64,000 nucleotides of DNA from an uncultured delta proteobacterium. Its GTDB lineage: Bacteria; Desulfobacterota; Binatia; UBA9968. The stretch lies in the NCBI GenBank assembly GCA_963745035.1, contig CAVUVW010000013.1, positions 96,001 through 160,000 of the forward strand. The letters run 5' to 3'. The notes below the pieces were generated by a model, which was given only the letters and a program-made list of their open reading frames with translations, was not told the DNA's origin and ran no database searches. Of this stretch, positions 51,294 to 62,117 are shown piece by piece (within the stretch, counting starts at the first letter, position 1; each line of letters opens with the position of its first letter). Made by a program: the position numbers and the translations under genes.

Positions 51294-54200
51294 ATGTCCG
51301 CGATGCCGGAAGCAAGCTCTGCAAATCTCACCGCTGTTCAATCAGCATCGGCGGCAACTCGCCTGAGCGAGGCACGGCGGTTTCTTGCCCAGTTCGAACC
51401 CGGCACCGAGGTGCTTCTCGTTGGGGCCTCGCGCGGCTCGGTCGATGATCTCGCGCGCGCAGTTTCGCTCGAAGCAGGCGCGACATTCGGACTTCATCGA
51501 CTCTCTTACACGCAGCTCGCGGCCCGACTCGCCATCTTGGAATTGGCTTCCCGCGAACATGCTCCCACGACACCGCTGGGGCACGAAGCGGTTGCGACCC
51601 GGGCGGTCTTCGAGGTCCGGAACGATGATGCGCTCCGGTATTTTTCACCGGTCGCCGACACGCCGGGATTTCCTAAGGCGCTGGCGCGCACTTTGCTGGA
51701 TTTGCGGCTTGCCGCTCTATCGATTGGCGATTTAGGCAAGCTGCCGCGGAGCGGAACTGATCTTGCCGCTTTGCTCGATCATGTCGATCTCCTGCTGAAC
51801 GAGGCCGGCGCCAGCGACCGCGCTGCGTTATTCGAAGCAGCGACCCGGGCACTGCGCTCGGCTCTCACCGGCTGGCCGCCGATGCCGTTGCTGCTGCTCG
51901 ATGTTCCCTTCGAGTCTGAAGTTGAAGCGCAATTTCTCTGGGCCTTGGTCCAGCAATCGCCGCAGGGGATGATTACGGTCCCGGCGGGCGATCTCTCCAC
52001 CGTTGGCCGGCTGGAGCGCCGCGGCGTACGAATGCGCGCGATCGATCCGGCCGTGCAGAACGATCTCACCCAACTGGCGCAGTATCTCTTCTCGAAAGAT
52101 CCTCCGCCCGAGCGCAGGCGCAGCGGTGAGCTTGTATGGTTTTCTGCGCCCGGAGAGGACCGGGAATGCGTCGAGATCGCGCGGCGGATTCTTAAAGAAG
52201 CCAAAGGCGGCGTTCGCTTCGACGAGATAGCAATCGTCATCCGCTCGCCCCAGCAATATCTTGGCGTGCTCGAACACGCGCTTGCACGCGCCGGTATCCC
52301 CGCGTACTTCGAGCGCGGCACCCGCCGGCCCGAACCTACCGGCCGCGCTTTTCTCGCCATGGTCAGTTGCGCCGCCGAGAATTTTTCTGCCAAACGCTTT
52401 GCAGAATATCTTTCACTCGGCCAGGTACCAGCGCTCGACGATACCGGCAGGGGTTCCATGCCTGGCGATTCGGCGTGGGTCGCATCACGCGACGACGTTT
52501 TCGGCGTCCTGTCAGAACGGCTACCCGACGAATCGAGCAACGGCGACGGCGAAGACGAGAAAGAGCAGGGATCGGCCGGCGATGTCGAAGGCGCACAGTC
52601 CGTGGTGGCCGGAACCCTGCGCGCGCCATGGAAATGGGAAAGCCTGCTGGTGGAGTCCGCCGTGATCGGCGGCAGCGCGCGCTGGGCGCGGCGGCTGGAC
52701 GGACTCGCGGCAGAGTACGAGGTGAGAATTCGCGAGCTGGCAGCCGAGCAGCCGGACGCGCCGCGCATCGCGCATCTGGAGCGCGAGCGGCAAAATCTTG
52801 CCCATCTGCGTGGATTCGCGCTGCCGCTCATCGAGGAAATGTCCGCCTGGCCGAAGGATGCTGTATGGGGCGATTGGATACGGCTCCTTGAAGAGTTTAC
52901 GCCGCGCGTGCTCCGGCGCGCGGAGTTGGTGCTGCGCGTGCTGGCCGATCTTCGCCCGATGGCCGTCGTTGGGCCGGTGACCTTGGCCGAAGTACGCGAC
53001 GTGCTTGCCGATCGCTTGGGAGCGCTGGAAATCGAGCCGCCCGCGCAGCGCTATGGCCGGGTGTTCATTTGCAATCCCGACCAGCTCCGCGGCCGCGCGT
53101 TCCGCGTCGCCTTCGTGCCGGGCTTGGCGGAGCGGCTCTTTCCGCAAAAGCTCCGCGAGGATCCGCTTCTCCTGGACGATCTTCGGCGCGCGCTCGGCGA
53201 CCAGCTCGCCGTGCAAGACGATCGCGCCGCCAACGAGCGGCTCTTGCTCCGCCTCGCGGCCGGCGCTGCTACCGAGCGGTTGTATGTCTCGTTTCCGCGC
53301 ATCGAGACGGCCGAGGCGCGCGCGCGGGTGCCTTCGTTCTATGCGCTGGAAGTCATGCGCGCCGTGACCGGCCGCATACCCGACCATCAGAACCTCGAGC
53401 TCGAAGCCTCGGAAGAAGCGAATGCCAGCCTCGCGTGGCCGGCGCCGGCGCGACCCGAAGATGCCATCGACGATTGCGAGCACGATCTGTCGGTGCTGCG
53501 GACGTTGATGCGCAGCGAGGACGACGTAAAAGGCCGCGCGCATTACATGCTCCTGCTGAACGATTGCGCGCGGCGCTCGGCAAGCGAGCGCTGGGCGCGC
53601 GCACGTAAGGCCTGGTCGGCCTACGACGGTCTGGTGCGGGTGACCGAGGCGACGAAACCGTTTCTGCAGACGCAGCGGCTCAGCGCGCGGCCTTATTCGG
53701 TCTCCGCATTGCAGAATTACGCGTACTGTCCCTACCGTTTCCTGCTGTCGGCGCTCTACCGCTTCCACGCGATGGAACAGCCCGAGCCGCTCCAGCGCAT
53801 GGATCCGCTGACAAAGGGACGCTTGTTTCATGAGGTTCTCGCGGAGTTCTTTCGCGCCTTGCAGGAACGGAAGCTGCTGGTCGCGACGAAGTCGATGGAC
53901 GCAGTGCTCGAGGTGCTCGATGCCACCCTCGCGCGTGTCGCGGCGGATTACTTCGAGCGGCTCGCGCCCGCCGTCGAGCGCGTCTGGCAGGACGAAATTG
54001 CGAGCATTCGCACCGATCTCCACATCTGGGCGCGCGAGCTTGCCGCCGGCACCGGTTGGGAGCCGTGGTTGTTCGAGTTTGGCTTCGGTCTGCCTGAGTC
54101 GCCTGAGCGCGACCCCAACAGCCGGCGCGAGCCGGTCACCGTTGCAGAACGCTTCATTCTGCGCGGCTCGGTCGATCTCGTCGAGCGCAGGCCGGGCACG

Positions 54201-54602
54201 AATATTCTGAGAATCACCGACCACAAGACTTCCAAGAACCGCTCGGAGCCGGGATCGATCATCGGCCACGGGCAGCAACTCCAGCCGGTGATCTATAGCT
54301 TGGCGGTTGAGGCGGCCACCGGCTGCACCGTGGAAAGCGCGCGGTTTTCCTATTGCACCACCGCGGGCGGATTCACCGAGCATAATGTTCCGATCAACGA
54401 GCGTACCCGGAGCATGGGCATCGAAGCGCTGGAAATTATCGATCGCGCCGTGGATCTCGGCATGCTGCCGCCAGCGCCGGCGGAGAAGGCGTGCAGCTTT
54501 TGCGACTTTTTCCTCGTCTGCGGTCCGAATCAGGAGCGCCGCGCGCGCCGCAAATCACGCGAGCAGATCGCCGATTTGATCGAGCTGAGGTCACGCCGAT
54601 GA
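51294..54602 (+). CDS. addB: AddB-like subunit: inactive helicase domain plus PD-(D/E)XK nuclease with Fe-S cysteines; start uncertain
   Basis: FSAPGE..EC.EIAR, PGLAE..FP...REDP.L.D, SVSALQ.Y..CPY, LRGSVD, DHKT, QP..Y, CSFCDF..VC; ATGA overlap with addA. Confidence 0.8.
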   Translation: MSAMPEASSANLTAVQSASAATRLSEARRFLAQFEPGTEVLLVGASRGSVDDLARAVSLEAGATFGLHRLSYTQLAARLAILELASREHAPTTPLGHEAVATRAVFEVRNDDALRYFSPVADTPGFPKALARTLLDLRLAALSIGDLGKLPRSGTDLAALLDHVDLLLNEAGASDRAALFEAATRALRSALTGWPPMPLLLLDVPFESEVEAQFLWALVQQSPQGMITVPAGDLSTVGRLERRGVRMRAIDPAVQNDLTQLAQYLFSKDPPPERRRSGELVWFSAPGEDRECVEIARRILKEAKGGVRFDEIAIVIRSPQQYLGVLEHALARAGIPAYFERGTRRPEPTGRAFLAMVSCAAENFSAKRFAEYLSLGQVPALDDTGRGSMPGDSAWVASRDDVFGVLSERLPDESSNGDGEDEKEQGSAGDVEGAQSVVAGTLRAPWKWESLLVESAVIGGSARWARRLDGLAAEYEVRIRELAAEQPDAPRIAHLERERQNLAHLRGFALPLIEEMSAWPKDAVWGDWIRLLEEFTPRVLRRAELVLRVLADLRPMAVVGPVTLAEVRDVLADRLGALEIEPPAQRYGRVFICNPDQLRGRAFRVAFVPGLAERLFPQKLREDPLLLDDLRRALGDQLAVQDDRAANERLLLRLAAGAATERLYVSFPRIETAEARARVPSFYALEVMRAVTGRIPDHQNLELEASEEANASLAWPAPARPEDAIDDCEHDLSVLRTLMRSEDDVKGRAHYMLLLNDCARRSASERWARARKAWSAYDGLVRVTEATKPFLQTQRLSARPYSVSALQNYAYCPYRFLLSALYRFHAMEQPEPLQRMDPLTKGRLFHEVLAEFFRALQERKLLVATKSMDAVLEVLDATLARVAADYFERLAPAVERVWQDEIASIRTDLHIWARELAAGTGWEPWLFEFGFGLPESPERDPNSRREPVTVAERFILRGSVDLVERRPGTNILRITDHKTSKNRSEPGSIIGHGQQLQPVIYSLAVEAATGCTVESARFSYCTTAGGFTEHNVPINERTRSMGIEALEIIDRAVDLGMLPPAPAEKACSFCDFFLVCGPNQERRARRKSREQIADLIELRSRR

Positions 54603-57600
54603 CGGCTCTTGCCGATCACGCCGATCGCGAGCAAATTGCCACGGCCCTCGACGACACGATCATCGTCGAAGCCGCCGCCGGCACCGGGAAGACGACTGAG
54701 CTGGTGCGCCGTATGGTGCGCGTCATTCAAACCGGCCGCGCCGAAGTGACCGAGATCGTCGCCGTGACTTTCACGGAAAAAGCCGCCGGCGAGCTGAAGC
54801 TGCGGCTCCGCGAAGCGCTCGAAGAAGCCCGAGAAGCGTCTGCCAGCGGGTCCGCCGAACGCGAGCGGCTCGATCGCGCCCTCGGCAGGCTCGAGGAGGC
54901 GCAGGTCAGCACCATCCACGGGTTTTGCGCCGATCTCCTGCGCGAGCGCCCGGTGGAAGCGCGCATCGATCCTCTATTCAAAGTACTCACCGAGCCGCAA
55001 GCCGCGCGCATGTATGATGACGGCTTCCATCAGTGGCTCGAACGTCAGCTTGCCGATCCATCCGAAGGTGTGAAGCGCTCCCTGGTGCGGCCGGTGTTTG
55101 GCGGGTTCGGCGCTTACGGCGAGAGCGACAACGGACCGTTGGACCGCTTGCGGCGAGCGGGTTGGGAGCTGACCCAGTGGCGTGACTTCGAGGGGGAGTG
55201 GCAGCGCCCACCATTCGAGCGCGGGCCGCGCATCGATGAGCTGGTGGAACTTTTAAATAGCTTCACTGCAATGCTCGAATCGCCCGGTGCCACCAATGAC
55301 ACTCTGTACATGGATAGCTGGGCCGCCAGGAAGCTCGCGGAGGAGATCCGCCGATGTGAATTGGTCGCGGCCCGCGACTACGATCGTTTGGAGGCGGGCC
55401 TCATCGAGCTCGGCCGCAATCGAGATTTCAGGGAGGCGCGCAAGGGGAGCGGCAAGAATTACCGCACCGGCGTCCTGCGCTCGGATGTGTTGCAGGCGCG
55501 CGAGGAATTGGCAAGTGCTCTGGCAGCATTCGATCAGGACGCCAACGCCGATCTAGCCGCGGCGCTGCGCCAGGAGCTGAGCGGCGCGGTGAGCGCGTAC
55601 GAAACGGCGAAAGCCAAAGCCGGCGCCCTCGATTTTCTCGATCTCCTGCTCAAGACGAGAGATCTCATCCGCGATAATCCGGAGGTGCGCTCGAGCTTCC
55701 AGCAGCGATTCAAGCGAATCTTCGTCGACGAGTTCCAGGACACCGATCCGCTGCAAGCGGAGATCCTGTTGCTTCTCGCGGCCGGCGATCCCGGTGCTAC
55801 GAACTGGCGCCGCACTCGTCCGGTTCCGGGGAAGCTCTTTTTGGTCGGCGACCCCAAACAATCGATCTATCGTTTCCGCCGCGCCGACGTCGATATTTAT
55901 CGCGGCGTTTACGACATGCTGCAGGGGGCTGGCGCCAAACGAGTAACGTTGCGCACCAGTTTTCGCGCGCGGCCAAATATCCAGCGCGTCATTAACGCCG
56001 CCTTCGCGCCGGTGATGACCGGCGATGGCGACGGCTTGCAGGCGGCTTATGTGCCGCTCGAGCCATTTCGCCCCGAGTCCAAAGAACAGCCCTCCGTCGT
56101 CACGCTGCCCGTGCCCGAGCCGTACGGTTACCGCAGGCTCTCCAATGTCGCGATCGAGAAATCGCTCCCGGACGCCGTCGGCGCATTCATCGATTGGCTT
56201 ATCAGCGAGAGCGGCTGGAAGGTCGCCGAGCGGCCGGCAGCGGTGAAGATCATCGCTGGCGCCGACTGCGGCTCTCGCCTTCAGACCCGGCGAGACGGAG
56301 CATCTCGTCCCGATCCAGGCGCGCCACATCTGCCTGCTGTTCCGCCGCTTCATCAGCTTCCAAGAGGACATGACGCGGCCTTACGTCGAGGCCCTCGAAG
56401 CGCGCGGCATTGCCCATCTGCTGGTCGGCGGGAGATCTTTTCACAATCGCGCGGAAGTCGAGACTTTACGCGCGGCCCTGGCCGCAATCGAATGGCCGGA
56501 AGACGAGCTGTCGGTATTTGCCGTCTTGCGCGGATCGCTGTTCGCGATCGGCGACGAAGAGCTGCTGGAGTATCGCCATCGGGTCGGCCATTTTCATCCG
56601 TTCAGAATTCCCAAGGAGTTTCCCGAAAACCTCGTTCCGATCGTCGAGGCTCTCAAGCTGCTGCAAGCGCTCCATCGCGCGCGCAATCGGGTGCCGGTCG
56701 CGACCACGATCGCAACACTGCTCGGTGCCACCCGCGCGCACGTCGGCTTTGCGCTGGAGCATGGTGGCGAGCAGGTGCTCGCCAACGTTGGTCACGTTGC
56801 CGAGCTGGCGCGCCGCTATGAGGCGGAAGGTGGGATTTCGTTTCGGGGATTCATCGACGAGCTGCGACAGCAGGCCGAGAGCGGTGAGGCCGGAGAAGCG
56901 CCGATCCTAGAGGAAGGCAGTGACGGCGTGCGGCTGATGACCGTTCACAAAGCGAAGGGGCTGGAGTTTCCGATCGTGATCCTGGCCGATATGACGGCTC
57001 GAATCCGGGCTTCCGTCGCAAGCCGCACGATCGATTCCGAGCGCCGCGTATGCGCGATCCGCCTTGGCCGGCTGCACTCCTGCCGATCTGCTGCAGCACG
57101 AAGACGAGGAGCTCCAGCGCGACGAAGCGGAGGGTGTGCGGGTCGCGTACGTCGCCGCGACGAGAGCGCGCGACCTGCTCATAGTTCCGGCAGTCGGTGA
57201 TGAGGAGAGAGCAGGCTGGATCCAGTCCCTGAACACGGCGATCTATCCGCCGATGAAAACGCGGCGACAGCAGATTCAGGCGTCCGGCTGCGTCGAGTTC
57301 AAATCCAAGGACTCGGTGTTGATTCGCCCGGCCGGCAGTGCTGGAACGAGCACGGTTTCTCCTGGCCTTCACGTGCGCAATACAGATGATTCCAAGGCCG
57401 GCGAATTTTCGGTCGTCTGGTGGGATCCACGCGCTCTCAAACTTGGCCCCGAGGTGCCGCTTGGTATTCGACGGCCCGAGCTGATCGTGAAGGACGTCGC
57501 GCCGGACATCGTCGAATCCGGTCTTGCGGCTTACAAGTCTTGGCGCGAAGCGCGTCAGGAAACCCTGACAACCGGAAGTCAGAGCGCGCTCGCAGTGCGC

Positions 57601-58137
57601 ACGGTAACGCAGCAGGCAAAAACAGGCGGCGCGCAGGCGGCGGACCCAAAGATTCCGGCTGTTGAAATTGTCGAGATCGTGCGCGCGGACAACCGGCCTT
57701 CAGGCAAACGTTTCGGCGCGCTGATACATGCGGTGCTTGCGAGCGTGCCGCTCGATGGCGATGACGACACGATCCGACGCATTACGGCCATCCATGGCCG
57801 TATCCTCGGCGCTGCCGAAGAAGAAATCGATGCCGCGGCGAATGCTGCCCTCGCGGCTCTGGCGCAGCCGCTTTTCGACCAAGCGCGCAGCGCCGCGCAG
57901 AGAGGCTGCTGTCGTCGTGAAGTGCCGGTCGTCTGGCGCGGTCCTGACGGAATACTCATCGAAGGTGTCGTCGACCTCGCCTTCGAGCACAGCGATGGCT
58001 GGACGGTGATAGATTTCAAATCCGACGAAGAGCTTCGTGGTAACGAGCCGGCTTACCGGCGGCAGGTCGAACTGTACGCATCGGCCATCCAGTCAGCTAC
58101 TGGGACGCAAGTTGCGCCAGTATTGATGCGTGTGTAA
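54599..58137 (+). CDS. addA: AddA-like UvrD helicase-nuclease (frameshifts near 56290 and 57065)
   Basis: EAAAGTGKT, VTFTEKAA.EL, TIHGFC, VDEFQDT, VGDPKQSIYRFR.AD, TVHKAKGLEF, YVAATRA, GVVDL..IDFK..Q..LY. Confidence 0.85.
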
Positions 58138-58234
58138 GCGGCCGCAACAGTTGGTACTTCGCCATCACGCAAAGTCACCGCACGGAACGGGATAACCGCG
58201 GGGTATCGGCCTTCTGCCCGGTCGGACAAGGGGT

Positions 58235-58723
58235 TCAGAAATAGCCGACCAGACGTCCTAACGTCATCGCCGTTAGCCATGCAGTAAGCGATACTCCTGC
58301 GGCAAGGCGCAGCCGCAGCGGCGGCATCGCGTGCGCCGATGCAATTTCCGAAGCGTCAGACGGTGGCGGCGGCATACGCAATGCCATAACGTTGCCCGTT
58401 CCGATGATGACAACGGCCATCTTGGCGAGAAAGAGATTGGAAGCGATGTACTCGGTGGCGCGGGTGATGAACAGCAGCATGCCAAAGATGATCGCGAGGA
58501 GAAAACCGGCGCCGGCGGTGCGGGTGAGGATGTTCCACAAAGGCGCGAGCGGCGCGGAGCGCCACGCGCCAAGAAGACGCAGATCAAGCGGCACGATCGA
58601 GCCGACTAGCAGCGCAACGCCGAGGATGTGAGCGGCGTTGACAAGGGGATAGCTCCAGACCGAGTTGCGGAGCCCCGTTGCGAGCGCCGTTGCTTCCAGC
58701 GCCGCGGCCCAATCTTCGATCAT
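58235..58723 (-). CDS. Four-TM membrane protein, DUF6644/DUF2214-like
   Basis: YP.V...HILG.ALLVG.I...DLRLLG, F..K, SL..W.....GR...Y. Confidence 0.72.
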   Translation of the reverse strand: MIEDWAAALEATALATGLRNSVWSYPLVNAAHILGVALLVGSIVPLDLRLLGAWRSAPLAPLWNILTRTAGAGFLLAIIFGMLLFITRATEYIASNLFLAKMAVVIIGTGNVMALRMPPPPSDASEIASAHAMPPLRLRLAAGVSLTAWLTAMTLGRLVGYF

Positions 58724-58744
58724 CTGCGCGCCGGCGCGACTGCT

Positions 58745-59128
58745 TCAGGACTGGCGGTCGGGGTAGAGATTGTAGCTCTTGCCGTTGATCACCACGCGCT
58801 CGGCCTTCATCAAGCGCTCGCCTTTCTTGGCCGAGCGATGGCCGTGTGCTGTGATGACTTGTCCTTTGCTCAGCATCTTCGGCGTGAGTCCCGCATTGTC
58901 GTTGCGCCAAGGCTGGCCCACTTCGACGATCCACTTCTCGCCCTTGACGTTCAGTGTCAGCTCGCCGTGAGGATTGCCCAGCCGCACGGCCGCAATCTCG
59001 CCGGTGAGTTGGAATTCTTCGGCGGTCGCCCAACCCCAGCCATGATGCGCCCAGGCCGCCTGCGCCAGAAAAACTCCCGTCCCCAGCGCGAGCAGCGTCA
59101 GCCGTATCCGTTTAAATAGTGAGTCCAT
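58745..59128 (-). CDS. Exported DUF6152-like protein
   Basis: Signal peptide then AHHGW, L.GEI....LGNPHG.L, W.VE.G, G..IT..G. Confidence 0.75.
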   Translation of the reverse strand: MDSLFKRIRLTLLALGTGVFLAQAAWAHHGWGWATAEEFQLTGEIAAVRLGNPHGELTLNVKGEKWIVEVGQPWRNDNAGLTPKMLSKGQVITAHGHRSAKKGERLMKAERVVINGKSYNLYPDRQS

Positions 59129-59237
59129 CGCCGATTCCCCCCGATCGAGTTTACTTTGATACTAAAGGTTCGGATCGCCAAACGCCATGCCGGCGAATCG
59201 ATGAGCGAGAATGGACCGCGCTGCATGCGATCCGCGG

Positions 59238-59960
59238 TTATTGCTCTTCTAATTCGGGATAGTGGCGGAAGATGCCTTGCTCGTTGAACGGCAGCCGGCG
59301 CGGCGATGCAAGATATGCGGCGATGCGCGGACGTACCCGAACGCGATCGTGCAACGTCACCAGTTTGGGATGGCCCGGTTCGAGCCGCGCCATCGTCTTG
59401 CGAAATGCGTAGCGCAATCCCTCGATCATCTGGAAAAGTGAGAGATCGACGTAAGAAGTCTTCTTGCCGAACACGAAGTCGCCGCCTTTGCGGTTCATCT
59501 TGAGCACTCTTTCGAAATAGCCCAAGAACTTGGGGATGCGGTTGGCGGTGAAGTTCACCGCGCGCTTTTTCGCCTCGTCCTTCTGCTCCTCGTAGTACAG
59601 CATGTTGGCGACCGGGTGGTGCGTCTGGCCGGATTCGTACAGCCAATCGGCTACAGTGAGCTGCAACTGGTGCGCCCAGAGACGGCTTGTCTCGCTTTTC
59701 GGCACGAGGTCCAGACGCGGCGCGAGAAACTGGAGAATATTGGCAGTTTGGGAGATGAGGATCTTCCCGGCTTTGAGAAACGGCGGCGCAAACGGCGGAT
59801 GCTCCAGCGACGGGTCTTCGAGAAATTTCATGATCCCGGGCCGGCCAAAGTTCGGGTCGCGCGCGACGTCGATATAATCCGCGCCGGCGTCTTCGAGCGC
59901 GAGCCGAACGAACTCGCCCCGGCCTTGGATGGACGGTTGATAGTACAGTTCGTAGCGCAT
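59238..59960 (-). CDS. Glutathione S-transferase
   Basis: YELYY.P.IQGRGEFVRLALE, FAPPFL, SQTANIL, YVDLSLFQ; ATG 59960 after AGGAGG. Confidence 0.88.
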   Translation of the reverse strand: MRYELYYQPSIQGRGEFVRLALEDAGADYIDVARDPNFGRPGIMKFLEDPSLEHPPFAPPFLKAGKILISQTANILQFLAPRLDLVPKSETSRLWAHQLQLTVADWLYESGQTHHPVANMLYYEEQKDEAKKRAVNFTANRIPKFLGYFERVLKMNRKGGDFVFGKKTSYVDLSLFQMIEGLRYAFRKTMARLEPGHPKLVTLHDRVRVRPRIAAYLASPRRLPFNEQGIFRHYPELEEQ

Positions 59961-60202
59961 TGGAGTCCTCCTGAAACGATGATTCGCTCGTCGAGAGACT
60001 TGCATATACGCGGTGAGTCCTCAATCGAAATCGCGGCGGGAGAATTCGACTTGCAGATCGTCGCCTATTGGTACCGTCCGCACTTGCTCAAGAAACAAGG
60101 CGCGCCGTGGAGTTGGCGGAAAAACTCGCGGACTACACGCGACGATATGAAGCGCTGTTCGTCAAGTGAGCGAAACGGTCGATGATGGTTCTTGGAGTGA
60201 GG

Positions 60203-60655
60203 TCAGCTGATCTTGACCGGCGGGCCGCTCGTCGAGTGACGCTCTGTCAACTCGAGAGTGTAGCCATCGGGATCCTGAATGAACGCGACATGATCCTTGC
60301 TGCCCGGCCGATTCGGTTCAGGACCCAATGTAAACTTCACGCCTTCGGCTTTCAGTTTTTCACTTAGCTTGTAGAGATCAGACACGTAAAGGGCGACATG
60401 TCCGTACCACTTTGGCATTTCCCTGTTCTGCTTCGGCCCGCCCGTTTCGATGAGCTCCAATCCGGGATATTCGTCTTCCGAGCCATATCCTAGATATCCG
60501 ACACGCTCGTTCTTGTCAGGAACCAAGCGTATGCGCTGGACGTCCATGCCCAACAACCGAGTGTAGAAATCCATGCTGCGATCAAGATTGCTCACGAGCA
60601 TCATGGTATGCCGAATCCGGAACGTAATGCTGTCGACGGTTTTCTCGCCTGCCAT
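60203..60655 (-). CDS. gloA: Lactoylglutathione lyase-like VOC protein
   Basis: HTM..V.NLDRS.DFY...LGM, LGYG.E....LEL, YGHVAL, AFIQDPDGY.LEL. Confidence 0.7.
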   Translation of the reverse strand: MAGEKTVDSITFRIRHTMMLVSNLDRSMDFYTRLLGMDVQRIRLVPDKNERVGYLGYGSEDEYPGLELIETGGPKQNREMPKWYGHVALYVSDLYKLSEKLKAEGVKFTLGPEPNRPGSKDHVAFIQDPDGYTLELTERHSTSGPPVKIS

Positions 60656-60806
60656 GGTTCCCTCGCCCCTGTGCGAACGCAATCGGATGTTTTCTTTGGG
60701 ACAGTAACGTACGCGGAGCTACGCCGTCAACGAGATTGCAAGTGGCGCAGCAAACCGCACCGAGGTTCGAGAGATCTTTTGGGCGAGGTGAAAAATGACG
60801 ATGGCG

Positions 60807-60962
60807 CTATAACTGGTGACGATCGATGCGGTTTTGTTTGCTCGCCCAATAGATGAGTAGTACGAGTGCAATCGACGTGATCGCCCAGTTCCTGATCGCC
60901 CACTCGAGAGCGGGTCTAAGCTCCAGAAATAACCTTGCGGCGAATTCCCCGATTTTGTCCAT
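60807..60962 (-). CDS. Small single-TM hypothetical protein (51 aa)
   Basis: GGAGGTG RBS before ATG 60962; hydrophobic WAITSIALVLLIYWA followed by a basic tail. Confidence 0.5.
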   Translation of the reverse strand: MDKIGEFAARLFLELRPALEWAIRNWAITSIALVLLIYWASKQNRIDRHQL

Positions 60963-61252
60963 GTGACCACCTCCGGGAAAAAGCGATTCGGTATAAGCGA
61001 GGAGTGTAACGACGATATCTGTGATCGCAGAGCGGGCCAAGTTTGATTGCTTGAATGAGATCGATCCTGGAATGGAAAAAAGATGCAGCAAATTACACAA
61101 CGCGACCTGTTTTGAAGTTTACGCCAGAGAAAATTCGGCTCGGTATGCGCGATACCGCGCAGTGGCACGCGGATGTTAAGTCTAGCCGGCGAGGATCAGT
61201 GAAAAATGAGTGATGTCTATCGCGCGCGCTTACGTTACAGGGACTGAAAATC

Positions 61253-62107
61253 TTAGGACATCGCTTTGATGACCGCTCTGCGCAAGAATACGCCGATCAA
61301 GTGACGCTTGTAATCGGCGCCGCCCTCGAGATCGTCAACCGGGTCAGCCGCCTGAGCGAGCGTTTCACCTGCATCGGCCAGTTGTTTCTCGACTTGCTTT
61401 CTCGAACCGCAGAGCAGTTGATTGGCTTGGTCCGATTGGGTCGGCACCACGCTCACGCTGCCGACGACGGCGGTTGCTTTTTTAATGGTGTCGCCTTCGA
61501 TATCGAGCACCAGTGCCAGGCCGAGGGTCGGTCGCTCCTTGAGCTGGAATTTCAGATAGGCAGCGCGTTGCGACTTGCTTAACACTGGAATCTCAACAGC
61601 GGCGAGCAGCTCATCGGCCTTCAACGACGTTTCGTAGGCGCCGGTGATAAGTTCGTCAACGCCCAAACTGCGATTTCCGGATTTGCCGTGCACGTGCGCT
61701 TTGGCGCCGAGAGCCGTGAGCAAGGTTGCGGGGTCGGAGTGCGGCTCGGCGAAACAGAGATTGCCACCAAGTGTGCCGCTGGCTCGAACGCGTACATTGG
61801 CGACATGGGTTTCCATATCGGCGAACACCGGCAAACTTTGCCGCACTAGCGCCGATCGCTCGATGGCTCTGTGGCTTGCGGTGCTGCCGATCACGAGCGC
61901 CCCGTTTTTGCTTTCGATTTTGTCCAGATCCGGAATGGTTTTCACGTCGATCAGGTGCTCGTAACGCAAAAGATCGTGTTTCATGGCCAGCAAAAGCTCG
62001 GTGCCGCCGGCATAAAGGCGAGCTTTCTCGCCGAATTCGGCGAGCATCTGCGAAGCTTCGGTAACCGTCTTGGGTTGATGGATGCTAAAGCGTCTTAAGG
62101 GCATCAT
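61253..62107 (-). CDS. Xanthine dehydrogenase family FAD-binding subunit (CoxM/CutM-like)
   Basis: AGGTELL..MK, VR..GTLGGNLC.A.P.SD, DD..G.ADYKRHL. Confidence 0.88.
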   Translation of the reverse strand: MMPLRRFSIHQPKTVTEASQMLAEFGEKARLYAGGTELLLAMKHDLLRYEHLIDVKTIPDLDKIESKNGALVIGSTASHRAIERSALVRQSLPVFADMETHVANVRVRASGTLGGNLCFAEPHSDPATLLTALGAKAHVHGKSGNRSLGVDELITGAYETSLKADELLAAVEIPVLSKSQRAAYLKFQLKERPTLGLALVLDIEGDTIKKATAVVGSVSVVPTQSDQANQLLCGSRKQVEKQLADAGETLAQAADPVDDLEGGADYKRHLIGVFLRRAVIKAMS

Positions 62108-62117
62108 AAGTAATTCT

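Noticed and set aside
52521-54383. 620-aa antisense ORF and other long shadows (10197-11405, 17379-18395, 51779-52831)
   Set aside because: Lie opposite well-supported genes, have no motifs, and are expected in high-GC coding DNA
51294-58137. Anti-phage helicase-nuclease defence system or Cas4
   Set aside because: Size, order and motifs match AddAB repair enzymes; no defence or CRISPR context
61163-61178. Second sigma54 promoter (TGGCACGCGG...)
   Set aside because: No GC at the required -12 spacing and no + strand gene downstream
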